This document shows positions 1-7,699 of a stretch of DNA of 19,949 nt, one piece after another. The stretch spans positions 1 through 19,949 of the forward strand of contig JAYOYH010000068.1 in the NCBI GenBank assembly GCA_038153405.1. Reading direction: 5' to 3'. Under the pieces are notes generated by a model. That model was not told the origin of the DNA and did no database searches. It saw only the letters and a list, made by a program, of their open reading frames with translations. The DNA comes from Gemmatimonadota bacterium. GTDB lineage: Bacteria > Latescibacterota > UBA2968 > UBA8231. The stretch's first letter is position 1. Each line of letters starts with the position of its first letter. The position numbers and the translations under genes are program-made.

Positions 1-630
1 CGCGCCGGCATGATGAACACCGGCACGCACTGCATCGACTTCCAGCTCTACGCGCTGGGCGATCCAAAAGTCGAGTGGGTGATGGGCTCGGTCGAACGGC
101 ACACCGATCACTACGTCTTTGGCCACCGCGTCGAAGATCGCTGCGCCGGCATTATCGGATACGAGGGCGGCATTGAGGGCGTTATCGAGAACGAGATGAA
201 CAACACCTACGAGGTCGGCGCGCACATATATGGCGAAGAGGGTATGATTGTCGTCAACGATAACTCGCTGCGCTACATGAACACCACCTCAAATGGCTGG
301 CAAACGTTTGAGCCAACCGATAAGTCGACGCACGGCTACGGCAATGCCTTTGTCGATCAGGCCTACGGCATCTGCCGCTGGATCGAAGGCGATTTCGCAG
401 ACTATTACGGCAAGGCCGAGCATGGGCGCGCCGCCACCGAAATCATGATGGCCGTCTACGAATCGGCGCGCGTGCACGAACGCGTAGCGTTTCCGCTGCA
501 GACGCGTGCCAACCCGCTTGACGTGGCCGTCGAAGAAGGCGTCATACCCGTCACGCGACCAGGCGTTTGGGACGAGCGCTCGTTCCTAGTGCGCGGCGAA
601 GGTATGAGCTGGGTCGGCAAGGACAAATAA
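1..630 (+). CDS. Gfo/Idh/MocA-family oxidoreductase, C-terminal part (5' truncated)
   Basis: Frame is open from base 1 (CGC GCC GGC ATG ATG) to TAA at 628-630. The segments GMMNTGTHCID (catalytic His region), IYGEEGMI and AEHGRAATEIMMAVYESAR match the family C-terminal domain. The Rossmann domain lies outside the window. Confidence 0.8.
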   Translation, partial: RAGMMNTGTHCIDFQLYALGDPKVEWVMGSVERHTDHYVFGHRVEDRCAGIIGYEGGIEGVIENEMNNTYEVGAHIYGEEGMIVVNDNSLRYMNTTSNGWQTFEPTDKSTHGYGNAFVDQAYGICRWIEGDFADYYGKAEHGRAATEIMMAVYESARVHERVAFPLQTRANPLDVAVEEGVIPVTRPGVWDERSFLVRGEGMSWVGKDK

Positions 631-639
631 GAGCGCCCC

Positions 640-1494
640 GTGATCGAGCTAACGCTGACCGAAGCAGAAAGGGCGCACGGCCACCTCGCAGATGAACGCC
701 TGGCGGTGGCCGTGCGCGCCGTGCGCGAAGACGGCTTTGTCGTGCTGCACAAAGCCATCGACCCGGCGCATATAGCGGTGCTGCGCAAGCGCATGCTGGA
801 AGACGCAGGGCACATAGCCGCGCTCGAGCACGTGCCCTTCCAGTTCCGGACGGGGCATCTGCAGCAGGACCCACCGCCCTTCCCACCCTACCTCTTCCGC
901 GATGTGCTGGTCAACCCCTTTGCCGTTGACGTCACGCACGCGCTGCTCGGCGACGGCGTCAAAAACGCGTTCTACAGCGGCAACTGCTGCCTGCCCAACG
1001 ACAACCGCCAGCCGCTGCACGTCGACATCGGCCATCTGTGGCCCGGCCTGCAAAAGGCCCACCCGGCCCATGCGCTCGTAATCAACGTGCCGGTCGTCGA
1101 TATGACGCCGGAAAACGGCAGCACCGAGCTGTGGCCCGGCACGCATCTAGATACCACGCGCGCTATGGGCGATGGCGATATCAAAATACCCGACGATGTG
1201 CTGGAAAGGGTGCGAACGGAGGTGCAGCCCACGCAGCCGTGCGTGCCGGCCGGCAGCCTGCTGATTCGCGATATGCGCCTGTGGCACTGCGGCATGCCCA
1301 ACTACACGCAGGTCGCGCGACCGATGATCGCCATGATTCACTGGCCGCGCTGGTACCGCACGGGGGACAGGCTGCTCTTTGCCAAAGGCAGCGAGGCGAC
1401 GTTTGCCGACGAGCGCCTGCACACGGAAGCGGAATTTACCGACGAGCCGATCGACTACATCGGACGCAACAACCAGTACGATTACGCCGGATAA
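640..1494 (+). CDS. Phytanoyl-CoA dioxygenase (PhyH)-family Fe(II)/2-oxoglutarate dioxygenase
   Basis: GTG start 9 nt after the upstream stop. Motifs: EDGFVVL, facial triad QPLHVD (1018-1026) plus LWHCG, NGSTELWPGTH, and the 2OG-binding Arg in ARPM. Confidence 0.9.
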   Translation: MIELTLTEAERAHGHLADERLAVAVRAVREDGFVVLHKAIDPAHIAVLRKRMLEDAGHIAALEHVPFQFRTGHLQQDPPPFPPYLFRDVLVNPFAVDVTHALLGDGVKNAFYSGNCCLPNDNRQPLHVDIGHLWPGLQKAHPAHALVINVPVVDMTPENGSTELWPGTHLDTTRAMGDGDIKIPDDVLERVRTEVQPTQPCVPAGSLLIRDMRLWHCGMPNYTQVARPMIAMIHWPRWYRTGDRLLFAKGSEATFADERLHTEAEFTDEPIDYIGRNNQYDYAG

Positions 1495-1513
1495 CGGCGC
1501 GATGTGAACCCGT

Positions 1514-2806
1514 CTACGGCGCGATGCTTCGGCACTCGACGTAGTAGCGCTTCTCTTCGGCTTCGCCCAGCGAAAACGTCTTGCGCGGCAGCGCGCCCTC
1601 CAGCGCTATGGTCTGAAAGAAATCGCGCTTGTCCAGCGCCGGCAGAAAAAAGCCCGTGCACTGGGGCGCCGCGGCCAATTTCTCCAGCGACGCTTCGCCG
1701 TGTATATAATCGACTTTCGCCAGCGGATAGCCCTCGACAAAGTCGTCGATAAAGCTCTGCAGCGATCCGGCGGCTAACTGCACGTCGGGATCGCCTATGC
1801 GCAGCCAGCCGCGCCGCGGGCCGCTGCAAAAAGCAATCGTGTGACCGCCTTCGCTTTCTTCCCAGTCGTCCTCGTCTTCGCCGTAGGACCAGCTAAAATT
1901 CTGCGCGGCGAAAAACGCCGCTGCGGCCGCCATCAGCTCTTCGTGTTCGACGCCAAAGACGGCGCGGTGAATAGGCTCGAATTCCAGCCCATCATCGTGG
2001 ATATTGACCAGCTCGACCAGAGCGTATCGCGCCGGATGACCCATCACGTCCTCCGCATTGGACGCCTCGGCCTTGATCTGTTCCCACACCGCCTTGGCCG
2101 TGGCAAAGGAGTGGTTGCCATCGCCCATGGCGTAGAGAAAAGGCGGCTCGCCGCGCCGGAGGGCGGCCAGGCTTGATGCGACCTGTTCGATCTGCGCTTC
2201 GTCGCCAATGTGAAAACCGCGCACGCTACCTCCTCCCAGCATGAGCGCCCCTTCGTAAACCGGCGTCTGCGCCTGCGCGAAGAGGGGCTCGATCACCGTG
2301 CGCTGCGGATCGTCGATCAGCACCATGATATGCGGCACTTCGATGCGCGCGTGCTGGCGCACTTCAATGCGCGGCGGCAGGCGATCCAACACCGTGCCCT
2401 CCGTCGTCCGCACCAACTCCTGCGCACCGTCGCGGTAGTCGTAATGCTCCAGATCGAGCGCAACCATCAGACCGCGGCGCACCGCACCGCGCTCCATCGT
2501 GCGTTCCACCAGGACAAAACCCGGCGGCAGCGCGCGCAGCACGCCCCCCTCGGCGTACTCGTCCATGCGCTCGTTGATTGCGTCGACGACCTCTCCCCGA
2601 TCCGCCGAGTCCAAATAGACCTCAGGGAAAACGAGGTGCAGCGTCGACGGAGCGCCGCCCACGCGGCGCTGCACCTCCTCCCAATAGTCGGGTTCCGAGG
2701 TGTACTGGTCGCAGGCGATGACGGCCCACGTCTCTAAAGGAATGTCTTCTCGCGGTAGCAAAATCGTCGGCACGTGCAGCGCCGCTTCGGGAAATTCGGT
2801 GCGCAT
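1514..2806 (-). CDS. DUF1015-family protein
   Basis: 430 aa with family-typical WAVIACDQYTSEP, RTTEGTVLDRLPPR, PHIMVLIDD, YAMGDGNHSFATAK, LEFEPIHR, DYIHG and LPRKTFSLG..EKRYY. Confidence 0.85.
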   Translation of the reverse strand: MRTEFPEAALHVPTILLPREDIPLETWAVIACDQYTSEPDYWEEVQRRVGGAPSTLHLVFPEVYLDSADRGEVVDAINERMDEYAEGGVLRALPPGFVLVERTMERGAVRRGLMVALDLEHYDYRDGAQELVRTTEGTVLDRLPPRIEVRQHARIEVPHIMVLIDDPQRTVIEPLFAQAQTPVYEGALMLGGGSVRGFHIGDEAQIEQVASSLAALRRGEPPFLYAMGDGNHSFATAKAVWEQIKAEASNAEDVMGHPARYALVELVNIHDDGLEFEPIHRAVFGVEHEELMAAAAAFFAAQNFSWSYGEDEDDWEESEGGHTIAFCSGPRRGWLRIGDPDVQLAAGSLQSFIDDFVEGYPLAKVDYIHGEASLEKLAAAPQCTGFFLPALDKRDFFQTIALEGALPRKTFSLGEAEEKRYYVECRSIAP

Positions 2807-2810
2807 AAGT

Positions 2811-3638
2811 CTATCCTATCAGCGGCCGTGCCCAGCCGACAAATTGCGGGAAGATCACCTCCGGCTCCTCCAACTCTGGGTGCCAGCGCTTTTCGTGCTC
2901 GAACATAATCCAGCCGTCGTAGCCATTCTCCTTGAGCAGTGCAATGGCCTCGGCTAGCGGCAGTTGACCAAGGCCGGGCGGCACGTAGCGCCAACCATCG
3001 CCCATCGCCTGCGGGTGATCCACGTCGTATACGGCGTCTTTCACGTGCGTGTAGAAGGTGCGCGGCCCCACGGCCGCATAGGTCTCGGCCGGCGTTTCAC
3101 CGCCGACGCGCGCCGTGTGCCCCATGTCCCACAGCACGCCAAACGACGGGTCGGCGATGCGATCGAGCAGCAGCTTGCAATCGGCCGCTTTAATCCACTC
3201 GTCGTGCGTTTCAAAAACCCACTTCAACTCGCGCGCCCCGTCCAGTTCGAGGAGCTTCTCTACCGTATCGCGCCCCATGTCAGCCAGCGCCTCTTTTGTG
3301 TGGGAGGCGCTATCGCCGCCGCCAAAAACGCGTATTTGTTGGCAGCCCAATCGCTTGGCCACTGCTATCGTGCGCCGCGCTTCTTCGAGATGGTCATCCA
3401 GCTTTTCGGGCACGCAGACGCGAATGCTCGAGCTGATGCCCGACACGAGTAGGCCCGCATCGTCCAGCTTTTGCCGGGTCTGGCCAATGCCGCTAGTAAA
3501 CTCGGGCAGCTGCGTTACGTCGAGCGCGTCCCCTATACCGCGAAAATCGACGCCTTGTAGGCCGAATGCACTGCAGTTGGCAACAATTTGGTCTAGGTTC
3601 CACTGCGGACAGCCCAGCGTCGTAGTGCTCAGTTTCAT
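2811..3638 (-). CDS. Sugar phosphate isomerase/epimerase (xylose isomerase-like TIM barrel)
   Basis: 275 aa. N-terminal STTTLGCPQW and metal-ligand motifs FETHD, LWDMGH, HVKD and FEHE. Confidence 0.88.
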   Translation of the reverse strand: MKLSTTTLGCPQWNLDQIVANCSAFGLQGVDFRGIGDALDVTQLPEFTSGIGQTRQKLDDAGLLVSGISSSIRVCVPEKLDDHLEEARRTIAVAKRLGCQQIRVFGGGDSASHTKEALADMGRDTVEKLLELDGARELKWVFETHDEWIKAADCKLLLDRIADPSFGVLWDMGHTARVGGETPAETYAAVGPRTFYTHVKDAVYDVDHPQAMGDGWRYVPPGLGQLPLAEAIALLKENGYDGWIMFEHEKRWHPELEEPEVIFPQFVGWARPLIG

Positions 3639-3647
3639 TTGCTTGGT

Positions 3648-4301
3648 TCATCCTTCGCTTGATAGTTCATCCACAATATCGAGGACCTCACCTGCGTGCT
3701 GAAGATGGCGAAAGGCGCCGCTGAAGTCGAGCGACTGTGTCAGACCGCGCGGAATGACCGCGCAGCGCACGCCGGCCGCACGCGCCGCCTGCAAGCCGCG
3801 CGGCGAATCTTCTACCACCAAACACTGCTCGGCGCGCAGCCCGTTGCGACGCATCGCCTGCAGATACGGTTCGGGATGAGGCTTCGGCTCGCCGTAGTCC
3901 TCTCGCACGAGAACAAAGTCAAAATAGGGCAACAAACCGGTCTTTGCATGGACGATTTCAAAGTGCGTGCGACGCGACGAGGTTACAATGCCCATGCGCA
4001 CCCTGCCGCGCAGTGCGTCCAACGTCGCGACGACACCCTCGATGGGCGCCACCCCTTCGGAGAGTAGCTCGGCGTGGCGCGCGTTGCGCCAGCGCTGGGT
4101 CTCGACGAATAGCCCCTCGCCGAGACCGCGCTCTTCCATCAGCGCGCGCAGCCCTTCGCCCCTTCTGAGAAATGAGTCGATAAAGCGCGCTTCGCTCAGC
4201 CCGATGTCGATGCGCGCCAGCGCCTCGCGACAGGCGCGAAAGTAGAGGTGCTCTGTATCGACTAGCACGCCGTCGTTGTCCCACAGAATGGCCTTCAACA
4301 C
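3648..4301 (-). CDS. HAD-superfamily phosphatase (beta-PGM/CbbY-like, subfamily IA)
   Basis: Motif I WDNDGVLVDTE, motif II IVTSS, motif III KPHPEPY and motif IV VEDSPRG. The likely start is GTG 4301 or TTG 4298, just after an AGGA RBS, rather than ATG 4343. Confidence 0.9.
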   Translation of the reverse strand: MLKAILWDNDGVLVDTEHLYFRACREALARIDIGLSEARFIDSFLRRGEGLRALMEERGLGEGLFVETQRWRNARHAELLSEGVAPIEGVVATLDALRGRVRMGIVTSSRRTHFEIVHAKTGLLPYFDFVLVREDYGEPKPHPEPYLQAMRRNGLRAEQCLVVEDSPRGLQAARAAGVRCAVIPRGLTQSLDFSGAFRHLQHAGEVLDIVDELSSEG

Positions 4302-4343
4302 AGTCCTAATACTATGGCACAACACCCACGCCGGCCAGTGCAT

Positions 4344-4461
4344 TCAATGCGGTGCAGGACGCGGTGAAAATACAATTTTATGTGGTTCACCATGTTCCCT
4401 ATATTAGCGCGCCGCGCGGCACGCGTCGACTTAATCGGACCACTCATCCAAGGAGTACGCC
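4344..4461. promoter_or_regulatory. Divergent promoter region
   Basis: AT-rich tract between divergent genes. -10-like hexamers are TACAAT 4371-4376 (+), TATATT 4400-4405 (+) and TAAAAT 4380-4375 (-). No convincing -35. RBS AAGGAG precedes ATG 4462. Confidence 0.5.
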
Positions 4462-5373
4462 ATGAGCACTGCCCTCAAGTCATTCGCAGAAAACAGCATC
4501 CGCCCTATTCCACAGGAAGCGTTTGACTGGTACGACGAATACGCGCACGGGCTGATCGATCGCCGCACCTTTATGGCGCGCTTGGCCGGGCTGACGGCGC
4601 TGGGGTTTTCCATGAGCGCACTGACCGACGCCCTGCTGCCCAACTATGCTGCCGCAGAGCAGATCTCTTTCAACGACCCGGATATAAAGGCCACATATGC
4701 GCCATTTGCCTCGCCGACTGGCCACGGCCCGTGCCAAGGCTACCTCGTCAGACCCACCCGCGCTGAGGGCCCTTTCCCGGCCGTGCTGGTCGTGCACGAA
4801 AATCGCGGACTCAACCCCTATATAAAGGACGTCGCACGCCGCCTGGCCAAAGAGGGCTTTCTCGCCTTTGCCCCGGACGGCCTCTACCCGCTGGGTGGTT
4901 ATCCCGGCAACGACGACGACGGGCGCCAAATGCAGGGCGGCATGGACCGCACCAAGCTCGAAGAAGATTTTGTCGCCGCCGCCCGTTTCGTCAAGGGGCA
5001 CGAATTGGGCACGGGCAAGCTCGGAGCCGTGGGATTCTGCTTTGGCGGCTATATCGTCAACATGCTAGCCGCCGTCATGCCAAACGAGCTCGATGCCGGC
5101 GTGCCTTATTATGGTTCTCCTGCCGCCGAAGCGCTGCGCGCACAGGTCAAGGGGCCACTCCTGCTGCACTTTGGCAGCTTAGACCAGCGCATCAACGCCA
5201 CTTGGCCGGAGTATGAACGCGCCCTCAAAGACAATGGGGCTCAGTACGAAGCGCACGTGTACGAGGGCGTAAACCACGGGTTTCACAACGACTCAACGGG
5301 GCGCTACGCTCACGAAGAAGCCGAGCTCAGCTGGCAGCGCACCGTAGCTTTTTTCAAAAAACACCTCGCGTAG
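4462..5373 (+). CDS. yghX: Dienelactone hydrolase-family protein, YghX type
   Basis: N-terminal FDWYDEYAHGLIDRRTFM (twin-Arg-like), VVHENRGLNP, nucleophile elbow GFCFGG, Asp in LDQRIN and His in NHGFHNDST. Confidence 0.88.
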   Translation: MSTALKSFAENSIRPIPQEAFDWYDEYAHGLIDRRTFMARLAGLTALGFSMSALTDALLPNYAAAEQISFNDPDIKATYAPFASPTGHGPCQGYLVRPTRAEGPFPAVLVVHENRGLNPYIKDVARRLAKEGFLAFAPDGLYPLGGYPGNDDDGRQMQGGMDRTKLEEDFVAAARFVKGHELGTGKLGAVGFCFGGYIVNMLAAVMPNELDAGVPYYGSPAAEALRAQVKGPLLLHFGSLDQRINATWPEYERALKDNGAQYEAHVYEGVNHGFHNDSTGRYAHEEAELSWQRTVAFFKKHLA

Positions 5374-5451
5374 CACAGCCCGCGACAAGGGTATACCACG
5401 CCATTCGGAGCCGTCCGAGCGACGACCCCACCACTTAGGAAAGGACGCAAC

Positions 5452-7590
5452 TTGAGCCGCACGATCTCTTCCGCTCTCCTGGCACTGTGCTTAAGCACGG
5501 CCGTTGCACTGCCCGCTCGGGCGCAATATGCGGGAGCCGACTGGCCCGTTTACCACGGCGACCCAACGGGCTCACACTACTCGCAGCTCGATCAAATTAC
5601 AAGAGAAAACGTCGGCCAGCTGGAGGTAGCCTGGACCTATATGTCCAGCGAAGAGCTGCCCCAAGGACGCTCCGACAACCAGTGCAATCCCATCGTCATT
5701 GACGGCGTGCTCTACGGCGCTTCACCCGACGGCTACTTCTTTGCGATCAACGCGGCCACCGGCGAGGAAATTTGGAAGTACGACTTCACTGAGCGGCGGC
5801 GCAGCGTGCGCGTGCGCGGCACATCCTACTGGACGGACGGCAGCGAAGAGCGTCTCTTCGTGGCGGTTAACAACGAACTGCGCGCGCTCGACGCAAAAAC
5901 GGGCGCGCTCGTAACGAGCTTTGCCGACGAGGGCACCCTCGACCTGCGCTACGGACTGGCGCGCCCGGCCGAAGAGGTCACCTTTTTTCGCCTGACCACA
6001 CCGGCAACCATCTTTGAAGACATGCTCATCGTCGGCGGCTTTACCTCCGAGGGCTACGGCGCCGTACCGGGCGATATACGCGCCTTTGACGTGCGCACCG
6101 GCCAACAGGTTTGGGTCTTCCGCACCATTCCCGCCGCCGGTGAGTACGGCGCCGACACCTGGCCGGAAAACGCGCGCGACTGGGCCGGCTCGGCCAATTC
6201 CTGGGCCGGCTTTACCATCGACCGCGATCGCGGCCTGCTCTTTGCCCCAACGGGCTCGGCGGCCTTCGATTTTTACGGAGCCGATCGACTGGGTCAAAAT
6301 CTCTTTGCCAACTGCGTGCTCGCCCTCGATATCCGCACCGGCCAGCGCGTCTGGCACTACCAGATCGTCCACCACGACCTGTGGGACCGCGACGCGCCGT
6401 CGCAGCCCGTGCTGCTGACCGTCACGCACGAAGGCAAGAAGATCGACGCCGTCGCACAGACGACCAAGCAGGGCTACGTATACGTGCTGAACCGCGAGAC
6501 GGGCGAGCCGCTTTTCCCCGTAGAAGAGCGCCCCTTCTCCCAGTCAACGGTCGGCCAAGACCAGGCCTGGCCGACGCAGCCCATCCCGACGGCACCGCCG
6601 CCCTTCACGCGCACGGAACTGAGCAAAGATGACCTGAGCGACGTCTTGCCGGGCACGCGCCAATACGCCGAGATGATGTGGGAGACGATGCGCTACGAGG
6701 GCAACTTCACCCCCATGAGCAACGAGGCGCCCACCGTGCTGTTTCCCGGCACGATCGGCGGCGGCAACTGGGGCGGCGCGGCGGTGGATCCGGACAACGG
6801 CATGCTCTACGTCAACGCCAACGAGGTGGCCTCGTTTATCACGCTCGTGACCATGCTCGATTCGCCCAACCTGTCGGACTACCAGAAGGGGCGCAACCAA
6901 TACGCCCGCCGCTGCAGCGCCTGTCACGGCATGAACCGCATGGGGGGCAACCACATGGGCTACACGCCGCCGCTGCTCAACCTAGGCATGCGCCTGACCC
7001 GCGAGCAGGTAGTCGATATCTTCCGCAACGGCAAGGGCCGCATGGAGGCACAGCCTTGGCTCATGCGCAGTCCGGAAAACGTCGAGATGCTGCTGACCTT
7101 TCTCTTTGAAGAGGCACCGCCCGGGCAAGAAGACCTCTCCGACCCGGGCGAAGGCGGCAAGGTTATCTACTCCCACTCGGGCTACAACCAGCTTCTCGAC
7201 CAAAACGGCTATCCGGCCAACGCGCCGCCGTGGGGTACGCTCAACGCCATCGATCTCAACGAAGGCACGATTAAGTGGCAGGTGACGCTAGGCGAGTACG
7301 CCGACCTCAAGGAAAAGGGCGTGCCGCCCACCGGCACGGAAAACTGGGGCGGACCCGTGCTGACGCAGAGCGGCCTCATCTTTATTGCCGCTGCGGCCGA
7401 CGACAAGCTGCGCGCCTTTGACAAGGAGACGGGTGAGGTCCTGTGGGAGGGACAGCTTCCCACGTCGGGCTTTGCCACGCCGAGCACCTACTCGGTCGAC
7501 GGTCGTCAATACGTCGTCATCGCCTGCGGCGGTGGCAAGGTAAGCAGGCCTACATCGAGCGCCTTTGTGGCCTTTGCCCTACCCCAATAG
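5452..7590 (+). CDS. Exported PQQ-dependent dehydrogenase (glucose/quinate DH-like) with an internal cytochrome c domain
   Basis: TTG start after AGGAAAGGA and a signal peptide ending ARA-Q. Motifs: DWPVYHGD..HYSQLDQITRENV, repeated A.D..TG...W propeller motifs, HHDLWDRD, GGGNWGG, CSACH (6913-6927) and ATPSTY..GRQYVVI. Confidence 0.9.
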   Translation: MSRTISSALLALCLSTAVALPARAQYAGADWPVYHGDPTGSHYSQLDQITRENVGQLEVAWTYMSSEELPQGRSDNQCNPIVIDGVLYGASPDGYFFAINAATGEEIWKYDFTERRRSVRVRGTSYWTDGSEERLFVAVNNELRALDAKTGALVTSFADEGTLDLRYGLARPAEEVTFFRLTTPATIFEDMLIVGGFTSEGYGAVPGDIRAFDVRTGQQVWVFRTIPAAGEYGADTWPENARDWAGSANSWAGFTIDRDRGLLFAPTGSAAFDFYGADRLGQNLFANCVLALDIRTGQRVWHYQIVHHDLWDRDAPSQPVLLTVTHEGKKIDAVAQTTKQGYVYVLNRETGEPLFPVEERPFSQSTVGQDQAWPTQPIPTAPPPFTRTELSKDDLSDVLPGTRQYAEMMWETMRYEGNFTPMSNEAPTVLFPGTIGGGNWGGAAVDPDNGMLYVNANEVASFITLVTMLDSPNLSDYQKGRNQYARRCSACHGMNRMGGNHMGYTPPLLNLGMRLTREQVVDIFRNGKGRMEAQPWLMRSPENVEMLLTFLFEEAPPGQEDLSDPGEGGKVIYSHSGYNQLLDQNGYPANAPPWGTLNAIDLNEGTIKWQVTLGEYADLKEKGVPPTGTENWGGPVLTQSGLIFIAAAADDKLRAFDKETGEVLWEGQLPTSGFATPSTYSVDGRQYVVIACGGGKVSRPTSSAFVAFALPQ

Positions 7591-7619
7591 GCTGCAGTAC
7601 TGCCCGTAGTAAAACGAGT

Positions 7620-7660
7620 GGCAACCTATCGCTACCGCTGCGCTGTGCCGATAGGTTGCC
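7620..7660. terminator. Intergenic stem-loop (terminator or mRNA-stabilising hairpin)
   Basis: Perfect 12-bp inverted repeat GGCAACCTATCG (7620-7631) / CGATAGGTTGCC (7649-7660) with a 17-nt loop, followed by a weak U-tract (CTGTTCATTT). Confidence 0.55.
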
Positions 7661-7699
7661 CTGTTCATTTACTCTCCATTGGTAAGACGGGAGTGTGTG

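Noticed and set aside
4462..4660. Twin-arginine motif more than 30 residues from the start, suggesting a wrong start or novel leader
   Set aside because: This leader is typical of YghX-type hydrolases, and ATG 4462 has a good RBS.
5389..5418. Palindrome GGTATACC and 5-bp hairpin TCGGA-GCCG-TCCGA
   Set aside because: Too short to distinguish from chance.
6370..6393. WDRD (DxD) read as a lanthanide-binding signature
   Set aside because: The extra Asp is diagnostic only within XoxF/PedH-type alcohol dehydrogenases. Gcd-type enzymes carry HHDLWDxD without being lanthanide enzymes.
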